Of a stretch of 48,411 nucleotides of DNA, positions 26,801-38,800 are shown in pieces. Below the pieces are notes generated by a model. It worked only from the letters and a program-made list of their open reading frames with translations, searched no databases and was not told the origin of the DNA. The position numbers were made by a program, and so were the translations under genes. The stretch's first letter is position 1, and each line of letters begins with the position of its first letter. The DNA comes from a virus (lineage: Duplodnaviria > Caudoviricetes), in IMG/VR virus record IMGVR_UViG_3300009481_000019, positions 1 to 48,411 of that record; one strand, 5' to 3'.

Positions 26801-29800
26801 CTTTGCCTGTTAGTGTTCGGGACAGCTTCAAGGCAATATCAGATGAAGCCATGCAGTGGAGGCATGGGATGTCTGCTGCCGGTAGCCAGATACTGGTGAC
26901 AGCACTTATGGCTCCGGTGGGGGCTGGCGTTACCATCGGCAGGACAGGACTAATCACAATGCCCAAGACCCTGGGGCGCTGGGGAGGATTCGGCGCTGGC
27001 GTATTACCAAACTTCAGCTACCAACTCAAGGGAGGCATGGAGGACGCTATGGCACATGGCGTTTCGGCAGAGAAGGCATTCAATAAGGCTGCCGGGACAG
27101 CAGCAATAATTTCTCCGGTTGATACGCTCTCGGATTTTATGCTCCTGGGCGGGGGAAAAGTGGTCAAGAAGCTGGTTCCTCAAGCAGCCATCAGGCGAAC
27201 ACAAGCAGATCTGCTGAAATCTATAGGCTTGGCAGGAGGAGTATTCGCTGCCAAGGCAGCCGTGGAAGGCGAGACAGAGAGGCTCCAAACCTACATAGAG
27301 AACTGGAACGCCAAGCACTGGTCGGGGTATGATAAAGATCGGTGGATACATGAGGGAACGGGCATGGCAGCAGCGATAGGCTACGGCTTTGGCGCGATCA
27401 TGTCTGCCCCATCAACGGCATTCCAGGCAATAGAAGCTCGGAAACGGGCTAAGAAATTTATAGAGATCGAGGAGGCAGTGGAAGAGGTGCAGAAGGCTGC
27501 CCAAGGTGGAACTGCTGCCAAGAGGGCATACAACGAGAAGGTAGGGGGCGAGGTGTTTACCGACATAGACTTCTACGACCAGGTTCAAGCACTGAAGGAG
27601 CGCCGGGCTGGACTGCCTATGGAGTTGCTTGGAGTAGATGCCGACACATTGGCTCCCATCCTGGTGGACTCAGGACTATCCCCGGAGGCACAAGACAGTG
27701 TCATCGAGATGATTGCGGAGGGGGATATCGCAGCCCTGGCAGCCTTGGCAATATCCGGGAAGATATCAGCGCCTAGCGCGAAGAGATCCAAGGAAATTGA
27801 TAAGGTTCTGGCAGATACAGGTGAGGTCACAAGGGTTCGGAGTGGGACAGCCCAAGGCATTGTAGAGGGAAGCATATTCCTTGCCCGGGAAGTGGAGAGC
27901 ATCCTTAATACCGGGTCAGCAACTAACGAGGAGGCTGCTGGCATCCTGGTCGAGATCGGGGTCGCACTAGAACAGGCAAACGGTCAACTCAAGATCAACT
28001 CCAAGGCCAGCCAGGTTCTTCCCTCGATAATCGCCGGTAAGGTCGTTGAAGAAGCGAATAAGGCGGCACAAGGAGCGCCAACCTTTGCGGAGCCTTCGCC
28101 AGAGGTCGCAGATCCCCGAGTGGAAGATTTAATCAACGAGGGACGAGACAACCTAAAAAATGCTGCTGAAGAGATCGTCAATGCTCCCCTCCCGGAGAGC
28201 TGGAACGTCACCCTGCAAGACCCGAATAACCCAGATCAATCCTTTCCCATCGTAGTCCAGGCATCCTCACCAGAGGCAGCTCAGGAGATGGCTAACAACA
28301 TGGTTGCACCCGGTGGGGTATTCCCCGGCCATGCCATTCAATCAATAGACCTTATAGAACAAGATGAACGCGACAACATCGAGCGCGATGCCGCCCAACA
28401 GCAGGATCAAGAGATGGGGCTTCCACAAGAGGAGCCTCTCGTTCAGGAAGAAGCTCAAGTCCCCCAAGCGGAGCTGGAAGAAGCTCCAGCAGCATCTCCC
28501 CAGGAGTTACTAGAGGGGGTAGGGACAGCCGTCCAGGAATTTGCCAGAGCCAATGAGGCAATGCTCGGAAGGCATGGGATCAGGGTAGTCCTTGACGGGC
28601 AAGTCCTTGGCCTAAGAGCAGCACCTTTTATTAAACCGGAAACCGGAAGGCCAGCGTATATAAATCATCAAGTCCTTGAGGAGGGCGGGGATCCAGAAGT
28701 CTTAATATACTTAAACTCTGAAGGCATTGCGAGAGGGCTAGAGCAGTATCCCGAAGGCAGAGGTCAGGCAGAAGTCCTCCAGAAGGTTGTCGGGGAAGAG
28801 CTTATCCACGCCTTGGACTATGCGTCCATGCGTGACAAGTGGATTAATGGCGGGAGGCAAGGCACGTTTGAAGAGTTTATTGAAGCCGAGAATCGTTCTG
28901 TTTGGGACGAGATGACAGATGAGGAGCGCCTGGCAGCAGCAACTCCATACGTTGCCGATCCAGCAGGACTGAGGCTAACTGACAATGGAGTCATTACCGC
29001 TTCGGGGACAGAGCTTTCAATTGATCAAGTCGTTAGCGAATATGTGCGACAGCTTGTGCAAACAGAAAGAGAAGGTGCTTCTTCTGAGCTAATTCTTTTA
29101 CAAAAGAAAGGGTTTGGAGAAGCCGTAAGAGAGAGGTTACAATCTATATTTGATTATCTCCGCTCTGCACTTGCAACGGCGACTAAAGAATTGCGTCCAC
29201 TGCTTCGGGAGAGGATGGATGTCATCCAAGGATTACTTACCGGTGTCACAGAAATTACTAGAGAGGAAACGGCTCCTGCTCCTGGCGCTCAAGCTGCTCC
29301 CAGAGGACGAGCTGCTGAACCTGTTGATCCAGGTGGAGAAGGCAGACCAGAAATGGGACGAAGAGCTGGAGCGCCGGAAGCTGCTCCTGGAGACAGGGCT
29401 GAAGGTGTGCTGGGAGACATGGGACTGCCCAGGGAACAAGCTCTTGCGCTTGAGGCTTTCAACATCGGGTTAGCCGAGAAGGGATTACCCCCGGCCACTA
29501 ACGCAACCCTGGATCCACCTCCGGGACTTGAGACATTTGTTGCTGGCTGGGATGCCATCGGGACAGGTCGGCGGATAGTCTTTGTTGATATGCCCATGAA
29601 CGCGAGCGGGGCGGTTCAGCCGGGGCATAACGTAATATTTATTAACAGGCTATCTGAGGCAAGGCTGGACGTTGCAACAGTAGGACATGAGTTTGTTCAC
29701 ACGCTCAAGGAGTCAAGCCCAGAGCTTTACGATGACCTGCTTACGGCCATTAGGAAACTTGCGAAGACAAGAGCATTAAGACTTCCAGACTACATAGAAG

Positions 29801-32800
29801 AGGCATACAAAGGCATCGGTGTAACTGACATTGCCCAGCTAGAAGAAGAAGCCCTCGCAAACCTGGTGGGAGATTTATTCCTAGAGAAGAAGTTCTGGAA
29901 AATCCTTGCCAAAAAGGAGAAGGGGTTATTCAGAAAAATATACAGCAAGTTCATTGAGTATGTCAGCGATGCAGCAAGGCTTTTCACGATGCACTGGGGA
30001 CAGGCTGGATTCGGTCAGATAGAGGAGATGCAACTCCAGGGGAGGGCATTGACCAAGGCACATAACGCCCTGGCAGATGTCATGCTGGCATCCCGGGGAG
30101 CAAAGGCTGCCCTTAAACGTGGCGGGATCAAGTTCGCCCTGGATGACTTCGGGCAGGAATCCTTCTCCAAGAATTGGCCGTTGCCTTCCAATTGGCCAAC
30201 TCCTCCCGGTCAACTTAGGGCTATGCTAAAGGGTAAATTTTCCACCTTGATTGATCAAGGGGGCGTGGATTCCCTGTTGAATGCCCTTAGTGAAGAGCAT
30301 ATTAAAAGTGGGCTTCCCGTTAGGGACTTCTTTGAGTTCGCGGCTACGATCTTGGACGAGATGGGCGAGCATGGGGAAAGCAGGACGGTTAGAGAAGAAA
30401 TTGCCAACCCCCGGTTTAATGCTAAAGCCAAAAGGATAGATCAGAGAATCGAAACAGATCACGCCAGACGGTTACTGCAAGTAGTTCGCCGCCAAGTGGC
30501 AGCAATGACGAACAAGCGAACTCCTGACCGGGTCAACAGAGATGACCTCCCTTGGGTAAGAGCCTTGCTTACTAGAAAAGACCTTCCAGAAGTGCCTTCC
30601 AATCCCTATGATAGTATGAGGGCAGAGGAATATCAGCAACTCCGGGATAAACTTATTGCAGTTGGCGCGAATGAGGAGCTGTCTAAGGCAGCAGAGGCAG
30701 CGCCATCAAATGTCCGAAGCCTGGAGGCTTATGCCCGGTTTGTAATCCGCAACTACGTTAGGACTGTTCACCAGAAGAATCTCCAGGAAGATCAAGGGAA
30801 TACCCGCTTCGCTCTCGATGTAGATGATACCCGTTACATGGATCTGGCCAGGGATCCCAAGAAGAACCGGGCGGAGTTACAGCAGATGGTGGACGCAAGA
30901 GCGAAGGCTGCTGGGTATGATGTCGGCCCCGTGTTTCATGGAGCCGTGGAGGAGTTTTCTGTTTTCAGAACTCGCCCCGACCAAAAGAAATCATTTTCGG
31001 GCATAGGGGAAACATCGCTGGGGGCAATGTTTAGCGAGTCCAAGGAAATTGCGGGATCTTATCCCCTGCACAACCGCAACAACAGGCTCCGAAAAACGCT
31101 ACCGGTTTACTTACGACTCGGCTCCCTAAAAAAGTTTCAATCGCTCAGTGATGTCAGGGAGGATATGATGCAGTTCAACGCCTCAAAAGGAGGCCCCGAA
31201 ATCCCTGCTCCCCAAAGCAGAATTGCCTCATCCCAAAAATATCAAGACCACCTCAAATCGCAAGGGTTTGACGGGATAACCTTTTCCGAGGGGAAGGCCA
31301 GGCAACCCAACAACGCCAGGAAAATAGTCTATGCGGTCTTCGACCCCTCTCAAATCAAATCAGCCGACCCGGTAACCTACGATGATCAGGGTAACGTCAT
31401 CCCGCTCTCACAGAGATTCGATCCCGCCAAGAAGGATACCCGCTTCGCTCTCGATGTTCCAATAGAAGGAGGGCAAACAATTCTCCCCGATGGCGACAGA
31501 ACAATGATACCCGGGACAGTCTTCTTTGCCGGGGGTGGCTTAGTGGAAGTAGGGCTACCCTGGGTTAATTGGGGGGTTGTCGTTGAATACGATCCCGAGC
31601 TGGCAGCCGTTCACAAGAAGGCACACGGAAGCAACCCTACGGTGCAGGATGTCAGAGAGTTTGTTAATAGTTCCAAGAATCTTAACAGAATACCAAAGAA
31701 TGGATACTTCCATGCCAGCCCGGTTTGCAAGGATTTTTCGGTCATCAACCAAAATGTTGCGGAGTCAGACTTGCCCGTCATTACGGCTAAAGCCGTTGCC
31801 AAGGTAATCAGAGAAAGAACCCCAGCTATCTTCACCTTGGAGAACGTAAAGCAATACGCCTTCCCTCCAAAAAAGAAAGGCAAGCCTCAACCAACAGAGG
31901 CGCTGGACATAATTACAAAGGCGCTCGATGAGGGCGGATACGCTTGGCAAGGTCAGGTGTATGATGCTGCTGACTTCGGCGCTCCCACACATCGGAACAG
32001 GTATTTGCTCCGGGCGACCAGGCATGGCGAATTGCCTCCTGTTCCCCAGCCGACTCATGGGCCGACAACGGACACTCCTCATGTTGGATGGTATGATCTT
32101 GTCGAGGATTTGATCGAGGACTTGCCTGATATGTCTTTGGAAAGTCTCAGGAGAGCAAAATACATTTATCGGTCATTTGAAAAACATGAGGGAGGAATAG
32201 ATCCAGAAAACGTCCCAGAGCCGATACTGGTGGCTGGCTCGGCTGTTCATTACAAGGTCAATACCGCAAGACCCAATGAACCCATGTTCACAATTTTGGC
32301 AGACTCCAATGATATACTGCGGATCCTTCTTCCTGGGGGCAGGGTCAAGAAGGTTACTTCTCGCGTTAAGGCCAGGTTGACCGGGTTGCCTGACAGCTAT
32401 CCCCTGCCGTCTGATTCGATAGCAACAGGAGCAGATGCCAAGTGGACTCAGGAAGAAAAGAACTCGGAGAGGACATCCAAGATAATTGTCGGCAACGGCG
32501 TTCCACCGGCATTGGCAGCCGGGGTATTCGGCCCATTGATTCAGCAGGAGATTGCCCGGCGTGGAGAGACTCCCCGCTTCGCCCTGGATGTAGACGATAC
32601 CCGTTACATGGAGTTAGCCAAGGATCCCAAGAAGAACCGGGTGGAGCTACAAAGGATGGTGGATGCGAGGGCGAGGGCGGCATCAGGAATCCAGTTTATC
32701 GACGCAGGGAAAGAGCAGTCGCAGGCACTGGCTAACCAAAAGGAGTTCGACTCAACGCGAAATTACTACGAGCAAAAGTTGTCCACTGAACTCACTAAAG

Positions 32801-35800
32801 AAAAGGAAGCCGAAGCGATAGCAAATGCAAAGCCCAATCAAAAACGATGGGCAGATGAGGGGTTAGACTACGAAGACCCTGCAAGTTTTCTCAAGGGATT
32901 ACGCATGGGGCTGAAAGCCCCATCTTCAGAAGAGAGCATCAAAGCTGAGTATGCAACGGAACGGAGGTCTGCAAAAAGGGAGCTAGAGAAAGCAGAAAAC
33001 CTCTATAAGCGTCGAGGAGGTAAGCAACAGACAACTACTGATTTTAAGACGGGGGTTCCTTTCTACACCAAGGTTTCACACGCTACTCCGTTCGGAAGGA
33101 TCGAATCTTTCGACCCAGATAGGTTGGGGGTATACACAGGTGCGCCATCCGCAGGAAAAGCCTTTTTCTTTGCGGGTTCCAAGGATGTAGCTGAATCATA
33201 CTTCGCGGACGATGCTATCTACCTACCCCACAAAGGCTTTTTAGCTCTGACATCTGAACAACAAGTGGAGTTGGTCGATGCTCTTAGAGCAGAGCGTATG
33301 TCAGTGGACGAATGGAGTGATTCCGAAGTTCAGGATGAAGCACATGAGTTGTTCTCTGATGAAGAATTAGAACATTACGACATCACTCCTTTTGAAAACG
33401 TGCGGCACGATGTGTTCGTGACCCTCCACAACCCTCTGGTAGTAGATCAGGAGGGGGCATATCGAGAGGAGTCTTACTTCGATGCCCTCGTCAGAGCAGA
33501 AGAAGGAGGTCACGATGGGGTCGTTTTTGCCAACACCACAGACTCAGGGCCAGCAAAACCGTTTGGGGCGTGGGACATACCCACCAACGTCATTGCCGTT
33601 CTCGCCAAAGAAGAAGCAACCCACCAAATCAAATCAGCCGACCCGGTAACCTACGATGACCAGGGTAACGTCATCCCCCTGTCCCAAAGGTTTGACCCCG
33701 CTAAGAAGGACATACGCTTCGCCCTGGATGTAGACGATACCCGTTACATGGAGTTGGTTAAAAACGTAGAGTATCTTAGAGCGAGAGTTGCTGATCCTGA
33801 TACTTATTATAGAAACGAAGACGGTTTCGGTTCGCGTGACAACGATGACTATGTTGCCGATAACTTGGAGGAAGAGCTGCAACGCATGGTGGATGCTGCT
33901 GCAAAGGAAGCGGGGTATAATATTGGCCCCGTGTTTCATGGGACAACCCATGACTTCAATGTTTTCTTGAGAGACAGGGGCAATGCAGCAGGGGATTATG
34001 GGCTAGGGTATTATTTAACTTCATCCCGCGAGGATGCAGAGATTAACTATGCGGGAGAAGGGGCAGATTTAACAGCTCGGATTGAGTTGCTGGCAGAAAG
34101 GTATAACTTAGACGAACTGTCAGAAGAAGAGGTTGCGGAATTCGCAGAAGAGCGGGGGATAGACTTGGAGTCTATAAGGGGAGAAGACCTTGATAGTAAG
34201 CTGGAAGAGTTAGCCACCCAGGCAGCAATACGAGAACTGTCCGGTGGAAAAGAAAGGTTAATAACTGCATACGTTCGCTTAAAGAACCCAGCGGTTATCG
34301 GGGGCAGGTTTGATGATCTAGTTTCTTTAGAGCCTTATGATTATTACAATGAAGAGGCGATGGAGGAATACCGACCAGAGGCTGAACGCCTCGTTATGGA
34401 GGAAGAGGGCATTGATAAAGGCGAGTTAAAAAATTACCAAGAAGAAGTTCGTGAAAAGCAGGAACAGTGGGCTGGGGAAACTGGAAATTTTAACGATGAA
34501 CCTCACCCCCTGCTTGAGGCAGTTGATCGTGTCTCTCAAGATTTTATTTATGTTAATCAAGATAAGGTTGAACGTCTTCGAGAGCTTGTTTTTGAGGAAC
34601 CTTATTTACATGAAGTAGATGAAATTTTAAGGGATGTGTTTGATCAAGCGGTAGAAGAGGACACTGGTAACGACATGGCAACAGGGGAAGCTGTCAGGCG
34701 GGTATATGAGGAATTGGGTTATGACGGGATTGTAGACAAAACTGTAAACAAAAAGTTTGGTGAACTGAGGAGGTTTGGCAGACCTATGGGGGGTATTGGG
34801 CGAGATGACTACCATGTTATAGCGTTTGATTCTAGCCAAATCAAATCAGCCGACCCCGCAACCTACGATGACCAGGGTAACGTCATTCCGCTCTCACAGA
34901 GATTTGATCCTGCTAAGAAGGACATACGTTTCGCCCTGGATGTAGAGATTGAAGATAGGTATGACAAATTAGCCGAAAATCCCGATGCAAATCGGGAAGA
35001 GATGCAGAACATAGTCGATGATGTTTCCAAAAAAGCAGAAGAAGATTACTACAGAAAGAAAGAATCGTTTCTTAAAAATTTAGAAAAGGAAGCCAATCGT
35101 GTAGCTGAAAAGAATGAGAGAGAAGCGGAGTCAACTTTAGATAAGTTTGATGACGATGCAGATAAATCATTAGATCGGTTTTTTGATGAGGCAACTTGGG
35201 AGAAATCTACTGAAGACGAGGGGACTGAATTTGAGCAAACATCTTGGACGTTTAATCCAAAACTGAACGGTATACTTAGTGGTGGGCAGTTTTATTTTAA
35301 ACATGGCGACCCCAGAATTTTCAAATCGAAAGATAGCAAAGTATATGATTGGGGGTTTGAGAATTGGGAAAATAGCCTAGAGGGTGCAAAGGAGGCTGTA
35401 GAAAATGAATGGAGAGAACAGGCCGAGGAAATAATTAAGAGGGAGCGTGAATTAGCCTATCAGCCAGATCTTCCCGCTGCGGATGAGAGAAATTTTCCGA
35501 TTATACCTGACGCTGGTGGAATAAAGATAATTAATTCAAGATCCACTAATTCTATATATTTTGAGGGAGAAGATGGTGATGGTTATCCTTTCAAGTTTTC
35601 TATCCGTGATCATGCCCCATCAGTCAGCAGAGAAGCTCAATTTGGACAAGTAAATGAATACTGGACGGTGGATTGGGCTGACGCAAAATCTATCTATGAG
35701 GCGTATGAACAGCTTATACAGGAAATAGAGGCCAATTCTAATTTAGGAAAAAAATATCCTTACTATAGGGATGATGCGGAGTTTTTAATAGATAGGTTTG

Positions 35801-38800
35801 GTCGCCGTCCTGAGATACGCTTTGCCCTGGACGTAGATGAGGGAGCCAAGCTGTCTGCAATCAAAGATCCAACGGCCTTCAGTGAGGCACTGGATCGAGC
35901 GCCAAGGAACGCCATCCTGGGGGCTTACCCGTCAATGCTGTCCGGTGATTGGGATCCCGGCAACATAAACAGTCTGGCTGAAAAGGTGGAGGAAATCCTC
36001 ACGCCCGATTCAGCCCCGGATCACCACCAAGGGAAAGCAGTTTTGGATATGCAGACATCTGCTGCCCAAGCTGTCGCTGGTGTGATTCGGGGCAAAGAAG
36101 ACATTGAGACTTACCGGCAGGTTGTTCAGCTCCGGGACATGATCGACAATTGGGAGAGTCACCCAAGCATAAAGGCGATGGTGGATGACCTGTCCTATGA
36201 CCAGGCTGCGATGAGCGTCATCCCGGCAGCCAAGCGAACCAAGCGCCAGCAAAACTTTATAAACGTGTGGGAGAGGCATAAGTCTAAGCCCAATAGCGCC
36301 TATGCCAAGGCAGCAGCCAAGGCTCTGGAGAAAGACTTCGGGGCAGATTGGAAGCAGATCATTGAGAAAGGAGAGGTGACGGTGGTCAACCCCGGCAAGG
36401 CTACCCGATTCGCCCTGGATGTAGATGATACCCGTTACATCGAATGGGATAAGGGAGAGGCGTATGATAAGTATATGGAGTTGGCTAAAGATCCCGAGGC
36501 CAACCGGGAAGAGCTTGAGGCAATAGTCAATAAACGGGCAAGGCGAAGATTAGCGCAAGGGGGGGAGAGGTTCATACATACCTCTACTGGCAGAAAAGGA
36601 TTTACTGAGTTCAAAGTTCCAGCTTGGTTTGAACCCGCTAGGCAGCCCCTTTACCGGGATGAGATCCTTCCACAGCAGGAAGATTACGATCCCGCAGACC
36701 ATGAAACCCGAGAATTTTATTTGGATGTATGGAATCCAAAAATTGTTTCGCATACCACAATAATGAGTCAGCCATATTCCAATGCTGACCCCAACGCCAC
36801 ACCTCTTACCGAGGAAGACATCCAAGTAGCCAAAGAGCATAATTTAGAACATGATGCAGACAGCCCCTTTGATGGATGGGTTTCTCCAGAAACGGGGCAG
36901 TATGTAATAACGCAACCGTCCCAGGCCAAATCCACTGATGCAGTTACTCGCCACCGAGGGAGAATAGTTCCCCTTGATGAGAGGATGGAGGGGAGGAAGA
37001 AGGATACCCGCTTCGCCCTGGATGTAGAGAAGGACTTCCCGATGTCTTCGCTGAACCTCCTGCATGGAGCAGAGAAGCATCCTAAAACGAGAAAACTTGA
37101 AGCTGCCGGGACGGCTTTACAAAACCTTGCACTGAAAAAGTGGGGACGCATAATAACTAGCCTTGATATTACCGAGGAGGAGAAGCAGGAGATCGTAGAC
37201 AACGGAGTCGAAGAGTTCTTAGCTGCCCTGGAGGCCAGTGGAAAGAACGCAGCCGATTGGTATTCTGTCGCCATCGAGGTGGCGATGGAGGTGGCATCGC
37301 TCATTCACCCGGAGCTAAACAATGCCGAAGCAGCCAGGAAGTCCAAGGGCTTTGCGAATGCTGAAGATCCGGTAAAGGCAGCAAACCTGGTAATGAGGAT
37401 CGCGCTGGCGACCACTTCTCAGAATCTTAATGTTGCCGAGAATGCAAAATATGCAGAAGAGCAATTTGAGATATTTGCGAAGACAGGAAAATTTGATGGG
37501 ATAAGGGGTGAGAAATATGGAGAAAAAGGTCAGGCAATAGGAGGCAACCTGGATCTCGCTAACAAGCTAATTGAAAAGGTTGGCTTTGAGGAGGCTGAAA
37601 GATTTATCCGTCAATCCATGACGGTCAGAGAGCTGGAGGATACGGTCAAGCAGACCCTGGGAATAACCAAGACAATAGAAGGCAAGAAGGACGATCTGGT
37701 AAATGGAGCTGCAATATTTGGGCCGAAGATTGGGCAGGGCTTCCTGCAAAATCTCATGGCGGTCTTTGACCCGGTAACAATAGATCTCTGGCTGAGAAGA
37801 ACCTGGGGGCGCTGGACAGGCAATGTGATGGGAGTTGCCTTCAACGAGGAAAGAACGGCTGGGCTTATTCAAGCAGTAAGGATTGCGAAGAATCCAGAGA
37901 TTAAGTTGCCAGAAAGCTGGCGTGGAATCCGGCTAATCAAAGGCAAGCGTGGAACTGGTGCAGAATACGACACGGTTTCTGAAGAGCTTATCGATAAGAT
38001 AGAGGCAAACCCTGATTTCCGGGACGAGATGCTGACTTCCATTAGGAAGTGGACTAGCTTGTGGAACGCTCAATATAAATTGGTTTCATTCAGCCGACCC
38101 AAGAAAACGGAGAATGCTCCAAATGGCCGACCAGTAACAGAGGAAAGCAAGAGGCTCATCGATGCGTTAAAGCAGCCTAAGAGAGTTAAGGCTAAGTCTT
38201 TGACCAAAGAGCAGAAGATTGCCAGGGGGAAGGTTTGGGACAAAATCTACAAGTCCCAGCAAAAGATGGAGGACGAGGCAAACGATGCCTGGGACAATCT
38301 TAGCAAAGAGGAGAAAGCGATTGCGAAAGAAGAATGGCCTACCCAAACCAAAGGGCATTGGCGGGATAACTATTTCCGAGAGAACGGGCATAAAGTAGAT
38401 CTGGAGGCTACGGACATCGGCAAGATTAAACCAGAGTGGGCATATTCAGTTAATCAGATCAACGCTAATGCGTCCACGATTGATATACCGGCAGCAGCAG
38501 ATCGCCGGGTAATTACCGAGATCATAAACAGAATAGGCGATAGAGTCAGGGAGCTTGGGTATGAGACTACGAATGCTGACATTCAAGCTATTTTGTGGTA
38601 TCCAGAAAAGGATCTTTGGGCTAAGATGTCCGGCAAAGACGAGAGCAATCTCAAGTCTTCGTATGACGAAGAATTTAAACGAATAGCAATAGATAAAAAG
38701 TATGACAAAGCAAAAGTCGAACGAGTCGCAGAAAAAGCCGAGCGAGAAGCAAGAGAAAATAGAGCCTCACGAACTGGCGGGAAGCCTGACAGAGGAGCAA

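Larger units (their letters stand above)
31351..34944 (+). repeat. 108-bp repeat x3 (31351-31458, 33625-33732, 34837-34944) plus a degenerate copy at 36922-37026
   Basis: Encodes QIKSADP(V/A)TYDDQGNVIPLSQRFDPAKKD(T/I)RFALDV. Confidence 0.95.
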
